In this document: positions 10,875-19,161 of the stretch, in pieces
Layout: each line of letters starts with the position of its first letter
Numbering within the stretch: position 1 is the first letter of the stretch
IMG/VR virus record: IMGVR_UViG_3300033388_004729
Coordinates: 1 to 60,124 of that record
DNA from: a virus
Lineage: Duplodnaviria; Caudoviricetes
Direction: 5' to 3' (one strand)
DNA: 60,124 nucleotides
Made by a program: the position numbers and the translations under genes
The notes under the pieces: generated by a model
Told to the model about the DNA's origin: nothing
What the model saw: only the letters and a program-made list of their open reading frames with translations
The model's database searches: none

Positions 10875-11831
10875 TTAGAACCTCCTAATCTGTACAATAG
10901 ATGCAAACACAAATAATCCTACCAAGCTTATGAACGGCCAGAACAGTGATGAGAATACGTCGCCTGGGTCGTTACATTCCAGTTCATACACGGTGATGTT
11001 ATCCACTGCATAAGACTCATACGGACTATTCAACGTAACTGTAAGGTTACTACTCGAAAAGTTCATTGTTGGTATAATTACAAACTCACCGAAGCGGGAT
11101 AGATTACCGTCCATCTCCCATATGTTCGATGAATTTATCAACATATATGGACAGTTCTTATCAGTGTATTCTTGTGTCGCTGTGCTCCGATGATGTATTA
11201 TCGACTCATTATTATATGTGTAGTTAATTGAGATTGCATCAAGAGGGACATTCTCAATCAATATGCTGGTCTTTGGTGAGATTGAATTATTATAAATTAC
11301 CACTTCAATAGACACATTAGTATTATCTAACGACTGTAATGTCTGGGGTACAATATCAGTATCGTAGAAAATGGCTTCCTCAGTATAATATGTCTTCTTA
11401 AGATGTTTGAATGGATACAGTTTCAATGTTACCTTATACCATTTTAGGTATATATCCATTGAAGCTGTGATTGTATTGCCATCTGAGGTCACTGTTATCT
11501 CATCTGTGAATTCCTTAACACCGGTATTCCAACCATCGGCAGATTCCCATTTATCCGATTGGACTATAACATAATCCAACGGGTCGTCCGGAATGTAATA
11601 CTCACCATCTATGCAAATCATATCATTATATCCTACAATATCAATCCAGGCGTGTATATGCTCGTAATTCTGCTGTAGTTTATCTGGCGCATACACCCCT
11701 GAATAATCTAGACCATGTGCAAAATCTAAATATTTTTTTTCAAGAATTTCACTAATTGTATCTCCAGATGCAGCAGGAACTAAAAATAGAATGATGCAGA
11801 TAAACGCCACTCTAACTGAAATAGATTGCAA
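10875..11831 (-). CDS. secreted/surface protein with C-terminal anchor
   Basis: N-terminal signal peptide (..PAASG), C-terminal TM followed by RRF. Confidence 0.65.
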   Translation of the reverse strand: MQSISVRVAFICIILFLVPAASGDTISEILEKKYLDFAHGLDYSGVYAPDKLQQNYEHIHAWIDIVGYNDMICIDGEYYIPDDPLDYVIVQSDKWESADGWNTGVKEFTDEITVTSDGNTITASMDIYLKWYKVTLKLYPFKHLKKTYYTEEAIFYDTDIVPQTLQSLDNTNVSIEVVIYNNSISPKTSILIENVPLDAISINYTYNNESIIHHRSTATQEYTDKNCPYMLINSSNIWEMDGNLSRFGEFVIIPTMNFSSSNLTVTLNSPYESYAVDNITVYELECNDPGDVFSSLFWPFISLVGLFVFASIVQIRRF

Positions 11832-12120
11832 ATAGCATTCCTAACATGAGCAGTAGCAATACTACTGTAATGATTCCGTAGAACATACCCATGATATGTT
11901 TGCTTCTTCCTGCGCTGTCCCGCTGGATGCTCGATACATTTGACCCGATGCCGTGCCCAAATTGACATATAATAGTCACTATCAAAAACCCTAGTGCTGC
12001 AATCCCCGTAATAAATGCAATCCATCCCTGTACTTCAGGACCAAGAGAATTAAAAACCACAATCGGGTTCCCTATCAATCCGTGTGTGTCACCTATATTT
12101 AATGCTGAATCGTTTGCCAT
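11812..12120 (-). CDS. small 2-TM protein, VirB2/pilin-like
   Basis: 102 aa, two hydrophobic helices with a short polar linker; first gene of the operon, GAGGTGA RBS. Confidence 0.55.
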   Translation of the reverse strand: MANDSALNIGDTHGLIGNPIVVFNSLGPEVQGWIAFITGIAALGFLIVTIICQFGHGIGSNVSSIQRDSAGRSKHIMGMFYGIITVVLLLLMLGMLFAIYFS

Positions 12121-12219
12121 TATTTCACCTCAAATATATTTATAACTATATAACATATTTAACTTATATAATATATATAACCTAAAAGTATATAAGTATA
12201 TAGGATATATACTGTATAT
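12121..12219. promoter_or_regulatory. divergent AT-rich promoter region
   Basis: Several TTATA/TATATAA boxes between the divergent operons. Confidence 0.55.
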
Positions 12220-12393
12220 ATGAGAATAACAAAATGTGTATCTATAAAATCAGAGCATCAAGCACATATAGAAAAACATCACTTGAATTTATCAGGAATT
12301 ATACAGGAAAAAATAGATGAACTTATCGAGGTGGCAAAACATGATAAAGTACTCATTAGCGATTGTAATGTTACTTATGGCGACGGGGATTAG
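12220..12393 (+). CDS. small ribbon-helix-helix-like regulator
   Basis: MRITKCVSIKSEHQAHIEKHHLNLSGIIQEKIDELI (beta strand then NLS..I helix); below the ORF-track length cut-off. Confidence 0.5.
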   Translation: MRITKCVSIKSEHQAHIEKHHLNLSGIIQEKIDELIEVAKHDKVLISDCNVTYGDGD

Positions 12394-12634
12394 CGGCTGT
12401 ATTACCTCAGCAGATAGTATCGAAGGTAGGTACCAGTCCGAAGTAAACCCCCATGATTATTTAGAACTCCGAAATGACGGATCGTATGTGGTCGTACAGG
12501 ACAATGCATTTGGCGGACTCTACACAGTTGCAGACAATACTATAATACTTACACATACCTTCGGTTCTTTTGTATTGGTGTTTGATGGTGCCGATCTCAT
12601 TGACCTTGACGGCGAGCGATGGGTAAAGGTATAA
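12341..12634 (+). CDS. lipoprotein (lipocalin-like beta protein)
   Basis: MIKYSLAIVMLLMATGISGC lipobox; IEGRY...LELRNDGSY. Confidence 0.65.
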   Translation: MIKYSLAIVMLLMATGISGCITSADSIEGRYQSEVNPHDYLELRNDGSYVVVQDNAFGGLYTVADNTIILTHTFGSFVLVFDGADLIDLDGERWVKV

Positions 12635-12703
12635 GTCTTACTTTTTACGAATAAATAATATTATATACTATTAAGTGGTATTGTATATTCGGTGAATTGA
12701 ATG
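12515..12703 (+). repeat. 189-bp direct repeat, copy 1
   Basis: Nearly identical to 13505..13693; spans the lipoprotein 3' end, a TATA promoter, RBS and ATG. Confidence 0.92.
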
Positions 12704-12883
12704 GATACTACAAAACTTCGCACATGTGAAAATAAACTAAGAACTGATATTAAAGATTTGATAAAGGAGTTCGAGAATAAAACATTGTTGCGGGTTAAAC
12801 GTGTATCGGTGACACATACAGACGAATGGCCAGCCGAACAACCACCATACAGTATTATTATTGAAACAAACGTGGTGTTATAA
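12701..12883 (+). CDS. hypothetical protein
   Basis: 60-aa ORF starting at the ATG of repeat copy 1. Confidence 0.5.
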   Translation: MDTTKLRTCENKLRTDIKDLIKEFENKTLLRVKRVSVTHTDEWPAEQPPYSIIIETNVVL

Positions 12884-13089
12884 ATGAAACCAAAAGAATC
12901 AATCGCAGACACAAAAGAACATACCAACGTGGTTTTGTGATGGGTTATGATAAACTACGAAAAAAACTAAAGAGCTTACCAAGATTTGATATAGTTGGGG
13001 GATATGACCCCTATATGAAATGTGTAAAAACGGGGATTACTAATTGGACAGCTGGAATGGGATGAAATTAATGAAGAATAGGGAGAGAC

Positions 13090-13434
13090 ATGAGGGAAAT
13101 CAAATTCAGAGCATACGACCCAACAAATGAACGAATGGTATATGATGGTTTTTACATCAATGAAGATGGTTCCATTGAGATATTTATGGATATATTCTAT
13201 GAAAATTATATGAAAACCGTAGACTGGATTCTTATGGAGTACACCGGTTTAACAGATCGAAATAGTGTGGACATCTATGAAGGAGACATAGTAAAAACCA
13301 AACGCGGACTTGAAATAGTATTCATGCGTTTTGGCTGTTGGTTTGTAGAACACCAGAAAGAACTTGGATATTTTAAGAAATGTGATATTGAAGTTGTTGG
13401 CAACATCCACGAAGCACAAGAGGAAGACAAATGA
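13090..13434 (+). CDS. YopX family protein
   Basis: MREIKFRAYD...LMEYTGLTDRNSVDIYEGDIV...EVVGNIHE. Confidence 0.9.
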   Translation: MREIKFRAYDPTNERMVYDGFYINEDGSIEIFMDIFYENYMKTVDWILMEYTGLTDRNSVDIYEGDIVKTKRGLEIVFMRFGCWFVEHQKELGYFKKCDIEVVGNIHEAQEEDK

Positions 13435-13535
13435 CACACGAATCAATCGCAGATGAATCCGAACTTGCAGAACGAATAAGTAACCTGATACACGTCCAGC
13501 AGGTGGACTCTACACAGTCGCAGACAATACTGTAA
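13431..13535 (+). pseudogene. chimeric ORF: AbrB-gene 5' end fused out of frame to the lipoprotein 3' end
   Basis: MTHESIADESELAERISNLIHVQQ matches the N-terminus of 13867..14076, then the sequence joins repeat copy 2. Confidence 0.7.
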
Positions 13536-13693
13536 TACTTACACATACCTTCGGTTCTTTTGTATTGGTGTTTGATGGTGCCGATCTCATTGACCTTGAC
13601 GGCGAGCGATGGGTTAAAGTATAAGTCTTACTTTTTACGAATAAATAATATTATATACTATTAAGTGGTATTGTATATTTGGTGAATTGAATG
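13505..13693 (+). repeat. 189-bp direct repeat, copy 2
   Basis: Nearly identical to 12515..12703, offset 990 bp. Confidence 0.92.
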
Positions 13694-13866
13694 AAAGCAA
13701 ATCGATTAATGAAGATATTACTCATCGGAATAATACTAAATGTTGCATACTATCTATATTGCGTATGCACCGGACACATATCTGGATATGTATTTTTTGT
13801 ACTGTTGATTATATGTCTGGTGATGGTACTCATCCTTGAGTTAGTATACCGCCTGGAGGAAAGCAC

Positions 13867-14076
13867 ATGACCAATGAATCAATCGCAGATGCTGCAGAAT
13901 TAGTCGAACGGATCAGTAACCTGATACACGTCCAGCAGCCGCTCTTCGAAGCGGAAGTCAATGATAAAGGCCAAATCGTTATTGTGAAGTGGGTAAGAGA
14001 GCGATATAAGCTCAACAGGGGTGACAAAGTTGCTATATATCGAATGGAGAAGGTGTGGAACAATGGCATTCATTAA
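13867..14076 (+). CDS. AbrB/MazE/SpoVT family DNA-binding protein
   Basis: FEAEVNDKGQIVIVKWVRERYKLNRGDKV. Confidence 0.8.
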   Translation: MTNESIADAAELVERISNLIHVQQPLFEAEVNDKGQIVIVKWVRERYKLNRGDKVAIYRMEKVWNNGIH

Positions 14077-14296
14077 AACAACGAATATTATACGTGAGGA
14101 AGAAACAAAAGGCACAATCAGAATGGTAGAATGTCCGTATTGTCGCTCGGGGCTGAAACACGTTCCTGCATACATCACTGCTATGAAATGTTGGCACTGT
14201 GGCAAGGAGTTCAGAATACAGCAAGACTCTGAAAAAACAGAATCCATCGGTAAAAAGCCACTTGGTCGTACAGTATTAAGAGGTGTTATCGAATAA
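14063..14296 (+). CDS. Zn-ribbon protein
   Basis: CPYC...CWHCG; start at MAFIK after GAAGGTG. Confidence 0.6.
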   Translation: MAFIKTTNIIREEETKGTIRMVECPYCRSGLKHVPAYITAMKCWHCGKEFRIQQDSEKTESIGKKPLGRTVLRGVIE

Positions 14297-14697
14297 TGGC
14301 AACTAAAACAATAACCAAAAACATAGAAGTAAAATCCTGCGACATCTGTGGGCTTGAATCTGAACACATCTCAACATGCCGGGTATGTGGGCTTGACATG
14401 TGCAATAGTTGTAAAGCATGGAATATGTGTACTAACTGCTGGAATACAAATCATTGTTTTGCTACAGTGGAAGTTCATACTACCACAGATTATGGATATG
14501 AAAGCAGAACACACACCAGCGTCAGCCTAAAACACGACAGTCCAAATAAATGGTATGTTTTAATGGATAGATTTGCTGGCAAGCGGATTAAGATTTCAAT
14601 TGAAGAGGTTCTATCCGATGAAGAAATGCTGGCAGAACGTCGTAAAAAACAAATGAGCGGTGATGGCCCTACCAACTGGCTGGAGCGATGTGGCTGA
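14296..14697 (+). CDS. Cys-rich Zn-finger protein
   Basis: Four CxxC pairs at the N-terminus; TAATG coupling. Confidence 0.65.
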   Translation: MATKTITKNIEVKSCDICGLESEHISTCRVCGLDMCNSCKAWNMCTNCWNTNHCFATVEVHTTTDYGYESRTHTSVSLKHDSPNKWYVLMDRFAGKRIKISIEEVLSDEEMLAERRKKQMSGDGPTNWLERCG

Positions 14698-14725
14698 TTA
14701 TATTGATTCAAATAGGTGAAATGAT

Positions 14726-14923
14726 ATGAATATAATAGATGGAATTAACGAAGAGCTTATACGAGCAAATGAACTGTTGAATGCATATCGATCAATACCA
14801 GCGGGTGCTTTTGGTGTAATTATGATAGAACAGGTAATCGAGCAGGCAGAAGATAGTCTGCATAATGGCGATGCTGTTGAAATGGTGGAAGCATATGCGG
14901 CGTTGCAGGCGTTGGGGCGATAG
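14726..14923 (+). CDS. hypothetical protein
   Basis: 65-aa ORF, GGTGA RBS. Confidence 0.55.
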   Translation: MNIIDGINEELIRANELLNAYRSIPAGAFGVIMIEQVIEQAEDSLHNGDAVEMVEAYAALQALGR

Positions 14924-15130
14924 AATGAGCGCAGATAGCAAGTCAATATGTCCAATCTGTCATGTAGGGGTGGATGACGAAATAGATGAGAATTATACAG
15001 TCAGAGAATATTATGAATTTCTACTTAATGATGATGCTACATTAAGTATAGAATACATTGCAAAATGTGATGACTGTGGTGCCGAATGGGAATATACAAA
15101 TAACCACACATTATGCAGAAAGGTGATAAA

Positions 15131-15319
15131 ATGATAGAACCAATAGAACTGAATTATGAATTGTGTGTATCAATACTTTTTATATCTTGGTTATTGTCAG
15201 CATCATTAAAGATGATTTATGGGATAATCAAAGCTGAAAAGTTAAAGGAGTATGGTAATATAGATATAGTAATTGGATTTATAATGTGGATTTTGGGAAC
15301 GTGGGTGATGTTCGGATGA
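15131..15319 (+). CDS. small 2-TM membrane protein (paralog A)
   Basis: NYEL...YG.I.IV.G...WVMFG; similar to 15316..15510. Confidence 0.6.
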   Translation: MIEPIELNYELCVSILFISWLLSASLKMIYGIIKAEKLKEYGNIDIVIGFIMWILGTWVMFG

Positions 15320-15510
15320 TATTAACAATTGAACCGAACTATGAATTATTTATACAAATAATATTTATATTATATATTATTAGAACGATTCTAGAAATTA
15401 TATGTGGACTATCCAATGTAAAAAAATATAATCCTGCGAACTATGGTATCATAAATGTAGTGTCAGGAGTCATAGGAATAATATTCATAGTGTGGGTGAT
15501 GTTGGGATGA
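15316..15510 (+). CDS. small 2-TM membrane protein (paralog B)
   Basis: NYEL...YGIINVVSG...WVMLG; ATGA overlaps on both sides. Confidence 0.6.
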   Translation: MILTIEPNYELFIQIIFILYIIRTILEIICGLSNVKKYNPANYGIINVVSGVIGIIFIVWVMLG

Positions 15511-15869
15511 TTATCACAATAGACCCTAAACTATGCGAAGGTTGCCAGCGGTGTTGTCACGGCACTCATGGTAATCGCATCCCCGCCAAACCATCACACG
15601 GCAAAATACCGCGATATAACAAACAACACAACTGCGACCAGCTCAATAAACGCCAGCATTGCAATAGAGGTATAGGCCGCCCAGTCGAATGCGCCATATA
15701 TCCGATAGTGATATTCGATGATGGTATTTATGTTGATATGTCTTGTCCCGGGTGGCAGTCAGCAGTTGATCAGTGGACGAAACGGTTCGGTGCGCAGGTG
15801 GATGACTACCAAGACGGACGACAGCATGAATTTGTTAATCTGTGGATTGCACAGGCAAGGAATGAGTGA
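15507..15869 (+). CDS. YkgJ-like cysteine-cluster (Fe-S/Zn) protein
   Basis: CEGCQRCC...C..L...C...RPVECAIYP...CPG. Confidence 0.7.
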   Translation: MIITIDPKLCEGCQRCCHGTHGNRIPAKPSHGKIPRYNKQHNCDQLNKRQHCNRGIGRPVECAIYPIVIFDDGIYVDMSCPGWQSAVDQWTKRFGAQVDDYQDGRQHEFVNLWIAQARNE

Positions 15870-16114
15870 ATACGATGATACGAGTGCCCGACAAAGACAT
15901 TTTAGAAGCAGAAGAAATGTTAATCACAAATCTCAGTATAGCATATTGTCAAGACCCCGGTGGTTTCGAGAATGATATACAGTGTGAAGATAAATATAAT
16001 AGTGGAATTCTGCGAGATATAATTCACAAAACCTTAAAAAAATGGGGACAATCAGAAGAATATATCCGGCGAAGGAGTAGGTATCACGACGTTGATGAAT
16101 ATTATAAGGAGTGA
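15866..16114 (+). CDS. hypothetical protein
   Basis: 82 aa, GTGA overlaps. Confidence 0.5.
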   Translation: MNTMIRVPDKDILEAEEMLITNLSIAYCQDPGGFENDIQCEDKYNSGILRDIIHKTLKKWGQSEEYIRRRSRYHDVDEYYKE

Positions 16115-17406
16115 ACAACATGAATATATTAATTACAAGTGCATCACAAAAAGTCATTTTGATAGAATCATTCAAAAAAGCAATTCGTGAATTAAAAATT
16201 GAATGTGGTGTGATTGCTGCTGATATATCTCGAAATTCATCCGCTTTGTATTTTGCTGATGATTATGTCATTGTACCAAGGAGTGATGATGATGAATTCA
16301 TAAATTTTATATTGTTATTATGCAAAGAAAAAAAGATTAAACTAATCATCCCCACACGAGACGAAGAGCTATTAACATTTTCAATAAACAAAAAACGGTT
16401 TAATAACATTGGCACAGAAATAATGGTATGTAATCCCGATACAATACGAACCTGTCAAAACAAAAAAATGTTTGTACAGTTTTGTATTGATAATAATATT
16501 CCAGTTCCAGAAACATATAATATTGCTGATGTTGTTAATTTTCCATTGTTTAGCAAACCAGTTACCGGAAGCGGTGGTAAAAACATTTTAAAAATTAATA
16601 ACATTCATGAATTAGAGGCAATAACAAAACAGCATTTAGATATAATAATTCAAGAGTATATTGAGTGGGATGAGTACACGGTAGATTTGTATGCAGATTT
16701 TAATAATAATATTAAATCTGTTGTCCCGCGCCGGCGTGTTGTTGTTAATGGTGGTGAATCAGTCATAACTACAACACACAATGACCTGAAAATTATTAAT
16801 GCAAGTATCGATCTTGCTAAAAAATTAAACCTTATTGGTCATAATACAATTCAATGTTTTTACAATGGTGATGATATAAAATTTATAGAGGTAAACCCTC
16901 GTTTTGGTGGAGCAGCACATTGCTCATTTGAAGCAGGAGCATTTACACCAAAATATATAATACAATTAATTATGGGACTGCCAATATCAGATAACATCGT
17001 GAAATTTAGAGACAATCTTACGATGTTAAGATATTCTAATGATTATTTCTTAAATCGGGAACCTAAAAATATAGATGAAGGAGAAGAAGTTGTTTGTATA
17101 GATTTTGATGGTGTAATACATAGATATTCAAAAGGATGGTATGACGGCAGTATATATGATATTCCGAACACTGGAACAGAACAAGCTTTAAGAAATATAA
17201 TATCAAATGGATATAAAATAATAATCTGCACTGCCAGAACCAATTTGTTAGGCGTTCGGAACTGGATGAATAAACATTTTCCTGGTATCTCTGTTGAAAT
17301 AACAAATATTAAACCAGCCGCTAAAATATATATTGATGACAAGGGATTCAAATTTCTGTCGTGGAGTAAAACTGATATAAAGTCGACAGCGCATGAGGTA
17401 GATTGA
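16111..17406 (+). CDS. ATP-grasp ligase (carbamoyl-phosphate-synthase-like) fused to HAD-superfamily phosphatase
   Basis: NILITSA, LIIPTRD, KPVTGSGG, IIQEYI, FIEVNPRFGG; C-terminal IDFDGVI...ICTAR...KP.A..YIDD. Confidence 0.85.
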   Translation: MNNMNILITSASQKVILIESFKKAIRELKIECGVIAADISRNSSALYFADDYVIVPRSDDDEFINFILLLCKEKKIKLIIPTRDEELLTFSINKKRFNNIGTEIMVCNPDTIRTCQNKKMFVQFCIDNNIPVPETYNIADVVNFPLFSKPVTGSGGKNILKINNIHELEAITKQHLDIIIQEYIEWDEYTVDLYADFNNNIKSVVPRRRVVVNGGESVITTTHNDLKIINASIDLAKKLNLIGHNTIQCFYNGDDIKFIEVNPRFGGAAHCSFEAGAFTPKYIIQLIMGLPISDNIVKFRDNLTMLRYSNDYFLNREPKNIDEGEEVVCIDFDGVIHRYSKGWYDGSIYDIPNTGTEQALRNIISNGYKIIICTARTNLLGVRNWMNKHFPGISVEITNIKPAAKIYIDDKGFKFLSWSKTDIKSTAHEVD

Positions 17407-17978
17407 AATGCTCCCACAAGTAGTATTATACTCTAACAATTGTCTGCCAAAGTGTCTTAGTCATGCCTGGGTCATGTTTTGCATACATACAGAATACCTA
17501 AAACGAACCGGCCACACTGCAAATATATATGAATTATAGGGTGTACTTGGATGAAATGGCGGCTCGGTGCGCAGGTGGTAGTATGACTAATGAAAAAAGT
17601 TGTTTTGGAAAGTATGGTCTACAAGGTGCATGTTGCGACGGTTGTGCTGTAGCCGTCGAGTGCTATGATACAACGACTAACAACACCCTTCAACGAACCA
17701 GTCAGGAGCACACAGCGCACTAATATCAAACACAGGCATCACAGACACATCAACCACTGAAACCCAGTGGTGTGGCTCTGGGTGCCTCGCCTGCCATCGT
17801 CCTTCTATGTATCGTTTGCCAATTACTGTGCGCATACAGTTATAATCGCCTCCGGTTTGTTAATTCTGTTTGAAATATTTATTATAGATGTATACACTTC
17901 AAATCTAAGGGTAACTGACTCCTTCTTGAAATCGAAAACCTGCTTAAGCACTTGATTTAGATAATCCGAATATGCATT

Positions 17979-18401
17979 TTACCCTGCTTTTTGAAGTGGA
18001 TACTTATAGATCTTGATATCGAGTGCACATGCAGTTATAACTGCTTCCAACTCTTTAATATCAGCTTTATCCGGATAGACTACTGTGGACCCATCCAAAT
18101 GTTTCATTGCATCTTCTTCATATGAAACTTCATAGTGTGCAGTGACTGCTCCGTCATCGAACAGCCGGACATGGACCTGCATAATCGTACCATTGAAGAT
18201 TTTAAGTTTTCTTAGATTAGATATCTGTCCTTGTTCATCGTATGAAAAATAGTTATATTGATATCCAGCTTCGATAAGTGCACGCTCAAATTGGTCTGCG
18301 GTGATCTTCGTCCGGAACATGAAGAATCGTGAAACTGGTACTTGTATCCATGGGACGAATGATTTTAGTTTGCGCCAGAGATAGTGAAATTTTAGATTCA
18401 T
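17979..18401 (-). CDS. hypothetical protein
   Basis: About 140 aa; QVHVRLF...AHYE. Confidence 0.55.
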   Translation of the reverse strand: MNLKFHYLWRKLKSFVPWIQVPVSRFFMFRTKITADQFERALIEAGYQYNYFSYDEQGQISNLRKLKIFNGTIMQVHVRLFDDGAVTAHYEVSYEEDAMKHLDGSTVVYPDKADIKELEAVITACALDIKIYKYPLQKAG

Positions 18402-18598
18402 ATTTTTAACCACGTCCACACTTTATTTGCGAAGAGTGCAAGCAATGTCACAACAGGTAAAAACAAATTCTCAATTCTGCGGATGCGAGTATCCAGTTTT
18501 TTGAATTGTTCCTTTCCGTTTTCGAGATCGTTTATAATGTGGGCAACATTCGTATGTGTCTCAATGATTTTATCTCGGGTCTCCTGGTCAAGATCCAT
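18398..18598 (-). CDS. XhlA/holin-like protein (coiled coil plus C-terminal TM)
   Basis: LDTRIRRIE coiled coil followed by a hydrophobic helix; at the end of the structural operon. Confidence 0.5.
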   Translation of the reverse strand: MDLDQETRDKIIETHTNVAHIINDLENGKEQFKKLDTRIRRIENLFLPVVTLLALFANKVWTWLKI

Positions 18599-18891
18599 TA
18601 TACCGCAACCTCAACATTAAACTTTGATCGTTTTATTGTTACTCTTCCAGCCGAACCCGTGGCAGTCACATTGTACCGCCATAATCCAGTATCTCCATCT
18701 GACGGTATATCATAATCATAATAATAAGACCCGGTGTCTTCATTTTCCATTGCTACATCATCCACCTTTGTAGTTCCACCAGAATCAATGATTTTAATAG
18801 TAGTTGTTGTGGGGTTTGCTGATGCATCATCAGAATCAGTAATAGTTGCCTCTAATCGTGGTGTTTCACCAAGTTGGTATGTGGTTGTCAT
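18598..18891 (-). CDS. Ig-like/BppU-like structural protein
   Basis: YQLGET...ANPT...GSYYYDY...GLWRY pattern; structural operon. Confidence 0.5.
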   Translation of the reverse strand: MTTTYQLGETPRLEATITDSDDASANPTTTTIKIIDSGGTTKVDDVAMENEDTGSYYYDYDIPSDGDTGLWRYNVTATGSAGRVTIKRSKFNVEVAV

Positions 18892-19161
18892 TTAACCGCC
18901 TCCTGCTTCATGTTGTATAATTGAAAATTCTACTGAATCTGATGGTGAAATATTATATTCACTTGAATTTGTTAATGAGATTGTATATTCCAAATCGCTG
19001 GATAATGAAATATTATATTCTGATGTGCTGGTCAGTGAGATATCGTATTCACTTGAATCAGATAATGTGATTTTAAATTCAGGTGATACTATTAATTTAC
19101 TTGACCAATCTATTACATTGTATAATCCTAATATATGATAATCATCATATGTAATAATCAT
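18892..19161 (-). CDS. small protein with 10-aa repeat (EYxISLxxxx), partner of the beta-helix protein
   Basis: Five to six tandem 10-residue units; paralog of 22023..22217. Confidence 0.6.
   Translation of the reverse strand: MIITYDDYHILGLYNVIDWSSKLIVSPEFKITLSDSSEYDISLTSTSEYNISLSSDLEYTISLTNSSEYNISPSDSVEFSIIQHEAGGG

Noticed and set aside
12515-13693. attL/attR or terminal repeats of a small integrated element
   Set aside because: The enclosed ~0.8 kb has no recombinase, and the repeat contains gene and promoter sequence; tandem recombination explains it better
16111-17406. pylC (pyrrolysine biosynthesis) call for the ATP-grasp gene
   Set aside because: No pylB, pylD, pylS or pylT nearby, and the HAD fusion fits the polysaccharide-locus type better
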